DNA of 59,235 nucleotides, filler included, from Sphacelaria rigidula (Eukaryota): assembly GCA_964200075.2 (NCBI GenBank). It is 9 parts of 9 records of this genome, joined end to end, with 100 filler letters (N's around TTAATTAATTAA, not from the genome) between each part and the next. Parts side by side here need not be neighbours in the genome. Positions count along the whole stretch, not along the records: positions 13,188 to 19,680 come from CAXNAA020019751.1; positions 19,781 to 26,273 come from CAXNAA020019752.1; positions 26,374 to 32,866 come from CAXNAA020019753.1; 6 more parts are not named here. One strand, written 5' to 3'. Under the pieces are notes generated by a model. It was not told where the DNA came from and did no database searches. It saw nothing but the letters and a program-made list of their open reading frames with translations. Shown piece by piece: positions 13,188 through 26,376 of the stretch (position 1 is the first letter of the stretch; every line of letters starts with the position of its first letter). Made by a program: the position numbers and the translations under genes.

Positions 13188-16100
13188 GAGAACGTGCTCT
13201 TTCTTTATCTTGCAGTTTTGTTCGTGTTAGTTTTATCACGTCTTTTCTACATCCCAAATAATCCATAATTCTTGAGCCAAAAGCAAACATCGCGGTATCA
13301 CTCAAATCAAGATCGAAGTTTCTCTCGATTTCGATTTTGCTGCTCAAGATACGGTCTGATAAAGATCCCCAAAGTCTCCGTAGTATAATCCCGAACTCTT
13401 CGTGGGCCCTTTTACCGCGAAGAGTTTGGGAATTCAACCGTAGACAGAATCAAGAGAAAACTTGTGGTTGGTTGGAACGAGGAGACTCAGGCCGTTTATG
13501 ATCAAATCGTTTTTTACTCGAAAACGTACGATGGAATCAAATTTGCTCGTACCTGATACGTCTACGGCATTCATGTTCTCAACCATCTCATAAAATTAGT
13601 AGCGTGGACGAATCAGAAACGAGCGAATACGATTTGACCGCACGTTTTTGGCACAAAAACAATTTGATAAGACACGGCCTCAGAAGAAGTGCTTCAAGGC
13701 CATGAGCCAATCAAAGCGATCAATCACCACTTAGCAGATGCGCTTCTTCGCTTTTGCGAAAAATCGTAGCGCACCGATGGATCATTGCATTTTTCATGTT
13801 TCACACATATTTCCCCCCCCCCAGCGCGCGCGTGCGTGGTCGCTATGCTGCACATGAGGAAGCAGTGGGTTTTTTCGCGGATCACGAATCTCTGGAGGTG
13901 CGAACAACCAGCTGCCACACAACCACCTCGGTTGAAGTTATGCCAGCGTCGAGCGACTTCCTTCGACTCAGTGGGTAAGCCGGGTTGTTCCACCACGCTG
14001 CCGGACACAACATACCTTTGTGGGAGGAGCTCCGAACTGCCCGTGGCTAGCAAGAGAGTGACTGCGCTGGCGATAATCGACACTGCATCGGCGACTCGTG
14101 GTAGATTATTGCTGGGGTGACGCAGGGTTCCAATCGCTGTGGTATCGTTTACGCGCACGCAAGAAAAACTACGACGCAAGGTGAAGCAGTTGCGGTCTGC
14201 GCTTGTGACTCTGTTATGTAACGGTTGATGGACCAGATTCCAACGATGTCCCACTGGCAGCAACGTACGACGCTCACGCCAAGTCGGCCAGCGGATAACA
14301 GATGTTTGTGGGTTCTTCATCAACTTTTGTACTTGTACTCAAATGGAAGTGCGGGTAGTGGCTAGGTGGGTAAATGTCTGCGAGCTAGCTCGTTGCTTAC
14401 GGCGAGGTGACTGCAAAACGTTTTCACCGCAAGTATCCAACAAGGTCGTAATCAAATGCAGCCGCCCACAAGGTGCCTGTACTGTGACGTAAATGGGTTT
14501 GCTATGGATTCTACAGTTGTTTTTCCTGTTTGTGCTGTACTATATATACGTATGCACCGTACGTACTTTGTACGCATCAGGTGCTGCGCAACCACAGTTG
14601 GAGGCGAGAAAAGACGCAAGCAGGTAAGGTGCACATGTGACGTTGTCCATTTTTGTCGGGAAACCGTAGATACCGCCATCGTGCACTGTATGTTTGCGAG
14701 AAGAGTGAACAATCTCAGTTCCCCCACCCCTGCTCTCTCGGATGGAGCAAACGTGATGAAGAGCTGGCCCTCTCAGTTATTCACGGCGGAGTTGTCGTTC
14801 CTGTTGGAGAGAGCCGACGCCGAATACACAGCGTGCTGCATATACGTATTACGTGGATAACATGCGTGCAGCGATCGTACTGGTCCGAGTTGTTTCAGCA
14901 ACCAATTCGGCATTATGATACCACTTCTTGCGTCGTGTCTTATTGACACCAGAAAGAGGAGTGCAGACCAAAGCAAGCGTCCAAAAGCAGCATATTGGTT
15001 AGCCGCCGCAGCTATAGACCCGCCCAGCAGCAGCCGATCAAGATGCTGCCTCTGGACGCTTGTTTCGTTTCTCGCTTTTTTTCGGTGTCTCGATAGGACA
15101 AGGTCACATGAGAACTTGAGAGTCATGGTATGATGGGGACACGGGCGGGGTTTTGGGCCGTTTCTTTTGCGTGAAATTCCGCTTCAAATCGTCGTTGAGA
15201 GCAGTAACGGTTGTTCGGACGCGCTTGTTACCGATAACAGACGCTGTCTCATCCTGCTTGACATCGGTTTTATCCAAATGCAAGCACACCCCGAGTGTGT
15301 TATGTCGTGTGACACACCTTTCCACTTGCTCTATTCTTCGTGGAATCGAACACCCCCCGCCCCTATCGACTCCCAAATAACACGTCAAAATGTTTGCTGC
15401 CACTGGCTCCGAAGCATCTTCGAAGATGCAAGCTACAGGCTACTTCCTCCAAAAAGAAATTACTGGCGTTTGCGATCCCAGCAGACAGGATATTTCACCA
15501 CTGTTTCTGCGCGTGTCTTTCATCCGCGCACGAAGCTCCCAGTTGTCGCCCAACACTCGCCCGACTGTGAATGGTATACATCAAATACAACCTCCTCCGT
15601 TGCCCTAAGCCGGAAGTTGAGCACACAACGCCGCACACACAGTATCCATGTTGGCGTAAGAAGCTGCTAGAAGTACAAATCTGAGGCGCGGTCGTGACTC
15701 GGTAGCTGGTGGGGTGCTACAGCCGGCATACGTCTTGTCTGACTGCGCGGTACTGACTGTTGTTTTTCAGCACAGTATGTGAAACCTTCACCGCTCCCGG
15801 TTGCTTGTTGTAGTCCGGTAAAAAATGGCCGTGGCGAAGTGCTTTTGTGTACTTCGACTTCGTTTCACCCCGCGAAGAGAGCTAGGCGCAAGTGGTACTA
15901 CTCTGAAATGACTTGATACACTCGCTGCGACGGTCCCGTGGTACCTTTGCGTGTCCCGATTGCCGCAGTATTTTCTTCGGCCAAACTTGCAGTTTCTCCA
16001 ACAAAGGTGCAAAGTTCACCACAACTTGGAATTTTGTGCGGTCAACAAGTGTCTTGAACACGTCACTGTCATTGTTTTTGTACTCATCAAGGTGGTTTGA

Positions 16101-18849
16101 ACCATAATATTTACAGGTTAGCACACCGCTGGATTCACACCAACGTTCGCAGTAGTAGGCAGCCGGCCAACACCGACCAGCCGTTGGGATAATGTATGTG
16201 CAAGGTGTCCCGGATGGCCACTCTGGCAGCAATATCGGACGCTGCTCACTGAACCCAGAGTGGTGAGTGGAAGTGACGCAGGTGTTAGTTTTGTCGGCTC
16301 GTTTTTTCGTCGGTGCTCTAACCCGCACCGGAGGGGTCTGAATCTCTCACCCGGTTTGGCTTTTAGACGACGAACAAGGGAATTGGTCTTCGAAGAACCT
16401 TGGCTCATTGTGAAGCTTCACCAAACAACGGTTCGAACTGTTGGGCGAGATGGGCGCCACCTCAAAGACTTTGGCGGGCACTTCCACAACGTCTGTCGTT
16501 CACACTGTCGAAAGTGTCGCATGTGTCGGAGATGTTTTAATGTCAGTTATACAATGGATGAGACTGGCGACCGTGTCGGAGTTGTGGCCATCCGACACAC
16601 TAGGTCGCACCGTGTGACAAGAACGGCAAGCGAACTGACTTTCTTTTTTCACCCTGGTCCCGTCAATATCCGCCGAGAGCTTGCATAATACTTCGAAGTA
16701 TTACATTTTGAATCATGTCTCCTCACTCCGAAATTGTCGGCGACACCTGCGATGCTGTCGTCCACGAGTGTAATGTGAGCTACAGTGCGATGATGTTGGA
16801 TGACGTTGGCTAATGTTGGCGACAGTAACGTCAAGGGGTCATCGTTACTGTACTGTTTGCACTGGCCAACTGCGTGTAGCACGAACAACAAGCAAGCCGG
16901 CTTTTTGAGAACATTGGCCAAGGGGTTACCAGGGGTTACATTGCATAACAAAAATATTGCATCTGAATCACATTTTCGAAGTTCGTTGACATTGTGATGC
17001 TGTCGCTCACTGGTGGTGTGGGCGGCAGTAGAGTATCGCAAGTGCCACATGCGTCACGGCACTGGTGTGAGCGACGGTACAGTAGTGGTGTTCAAGGTAT
17101 CGGCGACACGACATACTGTTCTGGTTTTTTCGTCGGCCGGCACCTTTATCGTCCCAGCGACACCTCCAGCACTCAATATGTTATTGACGGCATTTCCGGC
17201 ACCATCCCGGTACTGCTGGCCGGCGCTGGTGTAAAGCCACGCACAATACTTCGTGTCACTTTTTTCGGGTTGTAACAAATGTGATGACAGGTGGCTGCGC
17301 CTGGGGTATCAACCCCTGTTCATCATGCAAAAATTTGGCCCGTGTGATGACAATCACATATAATATCATGTTGCATGACTTTTGGTCGGTCACGATACAG
17401 ATACAGATACTCGGAGCCCCCACCCCAGGCAAGCCCATATATTCATCGCAGGCACGACCTTCAACAATCGACCGCACCAGGACTTGACCACAGTGTCTTC
17501 TTCAGTTCCTAAATCAAAGCGACGGTCGAATGTCTGCTTGATGAGGAAACACCCCCTACGACGTCTCCTACTTGCGCTGTTGTTGTGTAGGCAAGGGCAA
17601 AGAGTGTGAAGGATAAGAGTACGAAAAAGGTGCGGAGGCGGAGAAATGATGAGGTCGCGTCCATGCCAAGACGGCACAAAACAGGATCTGACAGTACAAT
17701 CGCTGACTTTTCTGGCGTAAGATCAGATCGAACAATCGTACACAATTCCTCTGGAAGTTTGAAGATTTGTTTGCCTCGGCAAGGTCGAAGGATTGCGGGC
17801 TGACAGGATCAACGGCAAGTTATCAGAATCTTCGCGCCTCCGTCCATGTCACGTTATTTATCACCCCCGCAACACAGCACAGTAAAGCCAGCAAACTGAA
17901 GAGAGCACGGAAGCACAGTTCCAGAGGCGTTCTAGAGAATGTCTATGTGCTACTTTCCTCGGCACTCCAGCTCAGTTATATCGATTACAGCGCACAAACT
18001 GGCGATGGATACGTCGGTCTTCGCTGGTACAACACGCTGGTCATTTTCCACCCTGATTCCGCCGCAGAGTAACCCATGGCGTACTCGTACATAGTATCCT
18101 GGGCCGTATGTCCCATCGAGACGAAAAAAAAGTGGGAAAAGGAACCAAGCAACACAGCTTGCCGATCCATAACCACCATTTTAGGACCTAGTGGGGATTC
18201 ACAAAACTGGCTCTTTGGAAACATCGGTGATTTATTCCGTGCTAGCTCTCGCTCATGTACACAAAGTAGTGCTGTTTGTTTCACGAAAATACGTTGGTGA
18301 TAGAACCGGGCCGACCGTGTGTGTGCACGAAAGCTGAGCGCACAGAAGGGCAAAAGATCACTAGTATTTGGGGCAGTGAGGAAGTACCTGTAGTACACCA
18401 CCCTAAACTAGGAACACCAAAACTATTTCACCGTTAGACTGCGGTGCGGGTAGCCCATTTGGATCGGGCATACTTTTTTCTAGTCAATATTGATGCCGAT
18501 TCAGCAGGTGGCGTACCCTCGCGGTCAAAGGGTTAACAAGCGGCTCGACACGAAATTCGAGAAACAAATCAGCAGGTGGACAAGAGCAAATGTAGAGGCA
18601 TAAAAAACGGGAAGATAGTGGCTCCGAAAAATTGCAGGGAGAGCTCACAAGAGAGGGAACTAAAGGAGTGTGCAGCTACTCTCCAGAACAGAAATGCAAC
18701 GCAGGGGCAGACGAAGGAGTGACCGCATTTCTGAAGTATCGGGGAGAGGGAATGACTACCATGGTGGTTACTGAACTAGTTCTAGGGATCGCCCCCCCGC
18801 CCTCACTGGGCGGTGGGGCCAGAAGGTGTTGGGCATGAAGAAATGTTAT

Positions 18850-18923
18850 AGCGGAAGGAAATAAGTTGCAGTTGGAGCGGAGGGAAATAAGTTGCAGTTA
18901 GAGCGGAAGGAAATAAGTTGCAG
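18850..18923. repeat. Minisatellite, 26-bp unit x3
   Basis: AGCGGA(A/G)GGAAATAAGTTGCAGTT(G/A)G starting at 18850, 18876 and 18902 (third copy partial). Confidence 0.9.
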
Positions 18924-19680
18924 GAGGCAGGTGTAGTGGGTAGTGCAGGACGCGACAAGGACAGTTTGGATAAGGGAGACGTGCGGAACGTGCTGCTCTC
19001 TTCGCGAAATGACTTTGAATGCATCTTCGTATTATTGTTGATGACTCCAAGTAGGTGTTATGTGTGTTGTTGGTTAGGGTGGAGACAATGTACCAGGGGA
19101 GGAGGAGGAACAGACTGGAGATGAGGGTGACGCGTTGTCCATGAAGCATATATTTCTGAAAGGAAAATATGGATTTTCGAACAATAAAGGAATGCCTGAT
19201 GACTGAAGAGAGAGATGAATCGGGAAAGACAGGAGGCAAAGAAGAACCTCAGCCGTTGTAACTAATTGTACGTGATGGGAAACCGAAAGTGAGATGGAAG
19301 GGGAAACCCGGGTATCGGGGGAAAACCCGTCGCGAAAGCATATACACAAAACCGCAAACCAACCCAGATGCAAGGGTAAACCCAAAACCCCCAGGACATG
19401 AAAACTCCTGGCCAAACAAGGGCGGGCGAACAAAATATCCCTGGTTCCCCCCCCTCCCCCAGCAGCCCCTCATTTGATTGTTTTTTTTCTCAAACGAGAC
19501 AACTGTTTTTCAGCCTTTGGGGCGTCAGTTGCTCAGCAAGACGTTGTCAAAACAATGCGGACGAGCCGTGCGTGGTTCGTTCGTGTGTTTCATTAATAAA
19601 CTTGGATGTTGTGCCAAGGGCGGGTGAAAAAAGTGTCCCTGGGCCCACACTACCCCTCCCCCCCCCCCAGCAGCTCCTGA

Positions 19681-19780
19681 NNNNNNNNNNNNNNNNNNNN
19701 NNNNNNNNNNNNNNNNNNNNNNNNTTAATTAATTAANNNNNNNNNNNNNNNNNNNNNNNNNNNNNNNNNNNNNNNNNNNN
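19681..19780. other. Artificial contig spacer
   Basis: N44-TTAATTAATTAA-N44. Confidence 0.98.
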
Positions 19781-20176
19781 CTTCACCTGTAGGAGCTGGA
19801 TCGCATAGAAATTGATCTGTCCGACGTGTGATTTAGTTTACACGTGAGTGTGTTGTCAGTGTGTCTTGGAGCGTGTGTGCTGTGTAACGTGAAGCAAGAC
19901 GTGCGCGGGGGATTGTTGGTGTTGTTGCACAAAAAATACACACCCTCGACAGTATATGGTTGATAGTTTCAATAGACCAAAAATGTACTGCGTAAAGTAT
20001 AGGCCTATGGTCTGGTTGGACGATATGCACTAGGTCTATACTTTAACGCAGTACATTTTGTGTCGAATGCAACTGTTGACCGTGTTTTGTCCCGGGTGTC
20101 AAAAAATAACAAGAGATACATGCATGCCCTCATATTGATCTCCCCGTGATGCTTCAAAGTGCCTTCCCCATGTTTT

Positions 20177-20209
<33 letters not shown>
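20177..20209. repeat. (GTC)11 microsatellite just upstream of a splice acceptor
   Basis: Perfect GTC run. Confidence 0.95.
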
Positions 20210-20211
<2 letters not shown>

Positions 20212-20252
20212 TGCTGTTGTGTTTCTTGATTTTTTTCTTCTTTTCCCCACAG

Positions 20253-20354
20253 GAGTGTGGGCGTAATGCTGTACCAGATGATCTCCGGGCGGTTACCATT
20301 CATCCCAGCACGAATCTGCGTGTCTAAGGCCGTCGCCTTTCCTCCCACCGTGTG
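20253..20354 (+). CDS. Internal exon of a Ser/Thr protein kinase (subdomains IX-X)
   Basis: Polypyrimidine tract and CAG acceptor (20250-20252), GTGAG donor at 20355, phase 2/2. Encodes (W)SVGVMLYQMISGRLPFIPARICVSKAVAFPPTV(W), the DxWSxGV..Y.M.SG..PF kinase motif. Not in the ORF track. Confidence 0.9.
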
Positions 20355-21746
20355 GTGAGACACTGAAATATGTCGGGTTGAGATTCGTTATCAGAGTTTT
20401 CTGGCTGAATCTTGTGATTGAAATTACCACACCCTGGATAATGACAAAGAAGCTACATATGTCGAAAAGTATTCTGCGTACAGTATGGGATATATTATCT
20501 TTTGCAATAGACGCAATAGTCGATACTGTGTGCAGTGCACTTTTTGACGATATAATCCATTGTCGAGGGAGTGGATATTGCTTCAAGAGTCATTTTCCAG
20601 TAACGTCACGTGTGCCACCGGATGCGAGCACTTTGTAACTTGACTGTGCGGGGGCGCATGTGATTATCGCAGTAAATCGAGATACCAAAAGGGTCGCAAA
20701 GAATAGTCACTAAAAAAACGCGGCTCAATTCTCACGACCAGAGCGCTTTCAGGTCATATTCCAGCGACATGTGTACGGTCGAATGCGAGCGTTTTCGTGT
20801 CTTGGTTGTACTGTGTACAGTAAAATGACTGCTGTAGTATATGAAGATCCAAAAATCACAGTTAAGCATGGTCGATGAAACGTCTGGCCCCATTCTCACG
20901 GCCAGAGCGTGCGTGCTTCTGTATTCACGCATGGCGGAACGATACTTACTGTTTGAGCAGGGGGAATTTTCAGTATCCCTGCAATGTTATCCACTATATG
21001 TACATGTATCATTTCACTTTTTTCACCACTTTTGCCGAGTTTCCTCAGTCGGTAAGGCATCTTATCACGCGCTTTTTTTTGCAGTGCACGAAGAAGGTGC
21101 AGCGGTACATTACCTTTCAGCTTTGGGTGTCATCTGATACCTGTGGCGCGTGTTCTGGCCATCGAAAGTCGCCCACACTGGCTCTTTTCTGCGGGGTATC
21201 GATCCCGAACCACAAAAGCCTCATCATGGAAAACTTCAAACAAGAACCCGAACCACAAAAGCCTGTTATTGGCGGGGTATTTCTTTGCGTTCTCGTCGAT
21301 TCGGGAGTACGAAGACAGCGGTCGTGTAGCGAATGTCACAAGAACATGGAAGCAAAGCAATTAAAAACAATTGAACATTGCCTCCGCTTCTGTCACCAGC
21401 AAAACCAAGATAGTGCAATGAGCTGTTGGTGAGTTGAACAAGGCACACAAGTGGGCAAACGTCCTCACTGTCGGTCAGCTGTGCTCGACAAGCGCAGGGG
21501 GGACGTTCTCATGAGTTGCTTGCCTTAATCGTTTGACCATTGACCACGCATCCCTTTCGAGACGGAGCAACAAGTGCAGGGGGGTGACCAAATCCCTGTG
21601 GTCATGCAACCCGTAACAGAGAGTTCCCTCAAAGGATGCACCTGTGTGAAGTACCGGCGCAAGAATGTCCTTGTGACAAGGATGCACCCCTGCACAAGTA
21701 CTTCACCGAGGGGGCTTGAAGAAATGTACGTAAACAATGGTTGGTG

Positions 21747-22060
21747 CTATGGAGATGCCACCAACCCTAACGCTAACCTTAGCACTAACATCGACCAAGG
21801 CATACCGAGAACTCTCGGGCAAGGGGGGTGCAGTTTCGTAGCTAAAGCGTGCGTTACGAGAACACGAATTTACACCTTTCGAGAGCTCAAATCGACGCCT
21901 TTGAGCCGATTTTGAACCAAAGCACGTTCTGGACGACCTGGTTCTACTGCTCACCACTGCTCACCTGCCCCAAATCGTGATTTTTCTCAAAAATTTCTTT
22001 TGTCTGAAACCAAGTCAAATCGAGTACCAATCGTTGTTTATGTACATTTTTTTAGGTCTA
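21747..22060 (+). repeat. Dispersed repeat family A, second copy (inside kinase intron)
   Basis: Colinear similarity with 6595-6880. Confidence 0.85.
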
Positions 22061-23110
22061 CCAGTGTCGCACTTCAGGCGAATGCATATATGCATGCGCA
22101 GATGCATAAACTTAGACATTTTGAGCGACTGGACGGCCGACGCGGTAGCAAACTGGCACCAGTCTGTACTGCGGTCCTTTCTGGATCATGACCATCTGTA
22201 GTGCACCGATCGGCATACAGTCTGTTGAGCTGCGCACTTCATGGCGCACGTCCCTAAGCGCGCTGCAGCCGCTGAGAGGCGCTGAAACATCGCCCATAGG
22301 CTGTACAAACCACAGTCAACAGTTCCAAGTCGCTCTATCTGGTGCTGTGCGGTGCGCACTAGAGGGCAAAACGGTAAGATTTTGTTCCGAAAAAACTTTT
22401 TTGCTTTTGGCGCAACACTGACTTCACAGGGTTATCTCTGCGCCGGTGCTTCGCAGGTTAATAGCTGTGAGTTAGCCCGCTGCTTCGATAAGGGCCTCGC
22501 GGAGGGATATTTTGGAACTGAAACGATTGAATCACTAATTGACTGCTTTTCGTTCTTAACCGTATCCTCTACTCTCAATCTCACGAAAACGTCGTCCTAT
22601 GTAATTGGAGGCTCCCTCATCAGTTGTGTTTGTTTGTCCACGTCTGTTTATTTTTCGCGGAGGGCAATATATACTTGCTCGATCGAAGCGAGCAAAGCGA
22701 TGACTCGCGCGCTTTTTCTCCCTTCATTCAACCCACGTGTATTATGTACATGTATCATTTCACATGCTCACCACTTTTGCCGAGTTTTCTCTGCCTGCAA
22801 GGGATTTTTCCGCACGCTTTCTTTTGCAGCGCACTGAAAAGGCATACTCGTACGAAGCATGTTTTATACTTTCGACTTGCGTCACCCCCGGGAGGCCCGT
22901 ACCAACCTCTCGAAGGGGAACCTTGTATATATACTTCCTCTGTCTCATAAGTCTGGGAACTTATGGACTTTTAATTGTTCACGTATGTACACTATTCCGA
23001 TCATCCTACAGTTGGGTTCGTTGAAAAGATGAAGCGCCAACGAAGCTGATGTTTAAAAAAAAGTGAGGTGTCCATACTAAAATGAAGTCAAAATATGCCC
23101 ATTTTGGCCC

Positions 23111-23440
23111 TTTTTGAGAATATTTTTGAGAATATTTTTGAGAACACTAACCGACACTTTTCTTTACCCCGCAAGTGTCTCGGTTTTAGTGTGGGACCAC
23201 CAAGTGTCTTGGTTTTAGTGTGGGACCCCCAAGTGTGTTGCTTTTAGTGTGGGGTCAATATCATACTGGTTTTAGTATGGGAGAAGGGACATGGATACGT
23301 GGGCGTTGGGATAGGACCCACTGGTGTTTGGTTTGCCCCGCAAGTATTTTGGTTTTATTGTAGGCCCACCAAGTGTCTTGGTTTAAGTGTGGGGTCAATA
23401 TTATACTGTTTTTAGTATAGGGGGAAGCGACATGGATCTT
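23111..23440. repeat. Tandem/minisatellite array
   Basis: TTTTTGAGAA(TA) x3 near 23111-23145, then about five degenerate CAAGTGTCTTGGTTTTAGTGTGGG units arranged in two higher-order blocks, each ending GGGGTCAATAT.ATACTG.TTTTAGTAT.GG...GACATGGAT. Confidence 0.8.
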
Positions 23441-24611
23441 TGAGAAGAGGGGGGTTAGGTTTAGGGTTGGGGCTAATTCTTGGGGGTTTTTAGTGTTTTT
23501 TTATAGTACCCCCAGTGGAAAGTGGTCAAAATACGGCCATTTTCGACCTGACTATTTTTTTGTTAGCCGCTAGCCCATGCAGGGTAGTGCGCAAGAAGAA
23601 AAAAAAGTGTTTCAATCCAAAAAAACGCTCAAGATTTCGAAAAATTTATCGCCGAAGACTTCCGAGACCGTTAACGTTCTCTCCCAACATAAGTTCCCAG
23701 ACTTGAGAGACAGAGGAAGTATATATGTTTGATATGATTGATTGGGTGTCGTACTTTCAGTGATGTCTCAGGGATCCAACCGTGACCACACCACATGACA
23801 GACGTATCTCAGACAAAACTGGTAGACTCGCTAAAGAAAGATGGAGAAAAAACAGAAAATGTCGAACAGTCAAAACAGAATGGACTAAAAAAATAAAACA
23901 AAATATATAAATAATGAAAAAAAAATAGACAAGAAAATAAAGAGACAAAAATAATGTGTGTAAGCATAGTTGGCAATTTCCACACACCGAGGAAATAGGG
24001 ATGTCGGTCACGTGGGCAATAGGTAGACTCGGGAGCGCATCTCTCCCTTGCAATATCCTTCAGATACAGCAGGAGTCCTGCGTGGTTGCTGGCTAGATCA
24101 CCGAACCCAGATGAGCGGGTGAATGCGTGGGTAGCTAGCCGGACTCGTTTCAGTATCGCTTTGGTATCCTTCTGTATTCTTGCGGGTGCCATGAGGTTGG
24201 ACCCTTCTTGGTGACTGGGGCTGCGGACCCGAGTACACGTGTAGGGGTAAAGCATTTGAGCAGCTGCTTTGGGAGCACCTTCGCATCTCCTTGGGGGAAG
24301 TAAAGTAGTTGATGGAGTGATTAGTCGATCGATTGATTGCCGCACGTTCAATAATAAATAGTCTCCTGGGGATCTGCCAGCGGTCATTATCCACAAGGTG
24401 GACTTGTCCGAGATGAACAAAACGGAAATGCTCGCCGAAGAAAAACGAAAATGGACAACACCCCCCTATAAAATTATATATATATATATTAGAAGTAGGA
24501 ACGATGGTCCGTCTTGAAAGGTGTGCGTGGTCAATTGTCAAACGAGTACGGCAATCAAGTAATATATGCCAAAAGAGAAAACCGAAAAAAAAAAAAAAAC
24601 AAAAAAAAAAG

Positions 24612-24644
<33 letters not shown>

Positions 24645-24957
24645 ACNNNNNNAAAGGTGTGCTTGGTCAATTTTAAAAAGAATACGGAAATAAAAAAATA
24701 AAGGCCCCCCCCCCCCCCCCCCCAAAAAAAAAAAGAAGTAAAAAAGTAAAAAAAAAAAGAACAAATGAAAAAAAATACAAGAGATAGAACGAAGGAAAAA
24801 GGAGAAACCTGAGAATTCTAAACCAAAGCATGGTGAGAATCGTTGAAATACTCAATGCATTTCTTGGTTTCATATGTGCCAAAGATGTATGATGTATATG
24901 CACCGTGCCTGATCTATGCAAAATTTGCTGAATATGCACTGGGTGCGCGCGATGCAG

Positions 24958-25023
24958 GGGAGATGTCAGCGTGGCGGCGAAGGATCTCATCTGCGGGCTC
25001 TTGGAGAAAGATCCGGCTCAGAG
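24958..25023 (+). CDS. Next exon of the same protein kinase (subdomain XI)
   Basis: TGCAG acceptor and GTAAAC donor. Joins in phase with the previous exon to give ...FPPTVW|GDVSVAAKDLICGLLEKDPAQR, a typical CAMK/AGC-like subdomain XI. Implied intron is 20355-24957 (4603 bp). Confidence 0.9.
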
Positions 25024-25104
25024 GTAAACTACACGCGAAGCAATCGAACTACGCCGTATAATCAACGTGAATGATGACGTATATCATCGGGCAGAACACA
25101 AGAG

Positions 25105-25412
25105 TTAACCCTTTGGGAATCCATGGACGATTTTTGTTGTCGTGAATCGGCATCATTTTCACTTGAAAATGATTGAAAATGATGCCGAATCACAAAAAGA
25201 AGAATCGTCAAAAGGTTCCAAAAGGGTTGAAGGTTCGTACGAATCATCGCTGGTTCAAACCACCAAATCTACGATTTCTGACGGCCGATTGCTCGAAAGA
25301 GGGAATGAAGTCGACCGCGAGTCGAAAACATCTCCACGAAAACTTTGCGCTGTTGCACGTGCCTGGGTGGCGCGTACGTGGGGTGCAACAGGGAAAACAA
25401 AGTCCAAGGGTT
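25105..25412 (+). repeat. Dispersed repeat family B copy starting at a TTAA-CCCT end
   Basis: TTAACCCTTTGGGA at 25105, followed by sequence similar to 7625-7830. Confidence 0.6.
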
Positions 25413-26273
25413 GCTCGATTCGCACGGTACCCATCAGTTGTACTTGGAGTCAGTACTCGTAGCTTAAAGACAAATCGCTGTTCGTCTGGCTCTTACGTTT
25501 TTTTTTTTTTTTTCCGAGCATTCACCGGTGCAGAAATACAAACCTTCCATCCGTTTTTCCCGTAGCAGGTGCTGTGAATGTGTGCGTATGGGAACCCCTT
25601 CGTGGATGTTGCTCAGGGGATCCTGAGTTGCATTGCAGAACCCCCACGAACGTAACGCGACGCGCTACGTACAAACGCATGGTTCAAGTTTTTCGTGTTG
25701 GGGAAAGGTTGCTTGACTGCATTTGGTGTCATGTTTACCATGTCGAAGGTATCAAACGTGGTCCAATCTCTCTGTGCTGAAATGTCCCCTAGTCCATGCG
25801 GTTCGCCTTGACTGTTGCCTGCGAGGCAGAGCGCACGATGCTTCGACGTCGACCTAAATAGATGAGCATGATGGTGGTACAGTACTGGGTACCACACGAG
25901 GAATATCCTACCGTAGTGCACACCTACACACGACGTTTTCCACACGCAAGAGTCGATTGGGCAAACGGTCAACCAGACGAGCACGCCACTCCACAACCGA
26001 TCCAACGCGGCGACAAGCGTTCAAAACGAGTGCTTTCCAGCGTAGATTCACGTACCCCAGTTGCAAAAGCCCCCACACCCTGGACAATGACAAGCATTGG
26101 CAATAGGTGTACTGCGTACAATGTCGAACCTGTTGTCTAGTACGACGGACCATATATTTGATACTGTACGTAGTACACACATTTTACCAGTGTATTCGCT
26201 AATTTTCGTTGAGGGCGGAATATTTTCGTCTGTTGGGTTTCTGGTACAGACAGTTGTTTGTTGTGGATGCTAC

Positions 26274-26373
26274 NNNNNNNNNNNNNNNNNNNNNNNNNNN
26301 NNNNNNNNNNNNNNNNNTTAATTAATTAANNNNNNNNNNNNNNNNNNNNNNNNNNNNNNNNNNNNNNNNNNNN
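26274..26373. other. Artificial contig spacer
   Basis: N44-TTAATTAATTAA-N44. Confidence 0.98.
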
Positions 26374-26376
26374 TAA

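Noticed and set aside
23172..23420. Repeated 24-29 bp units resembling a CRISPR array
   Set aside because: Units are adjacent and degenerate with no unique spacers, there are no cas genes, and the array lies in a eukaryotic intron.
24585..24790. Poly-A/poly-C tracts giving poly-Lys/Phe ORFs; also poly-G at 32967-33025 and poly-A at the window end
   Set aside because: Low-complexity, low-quality sequence next to Ns or contig ends. Not credible as coding or as G-quadruplex biology.
25566..25630. Candidate next kinase exon after a pyrimidine tract and TAG/CAG acceptor
   Set aside because: No phase gives the expected post-subdomain-XI sequence (x-T/S-A..L.HPW), and stops follow quickly.
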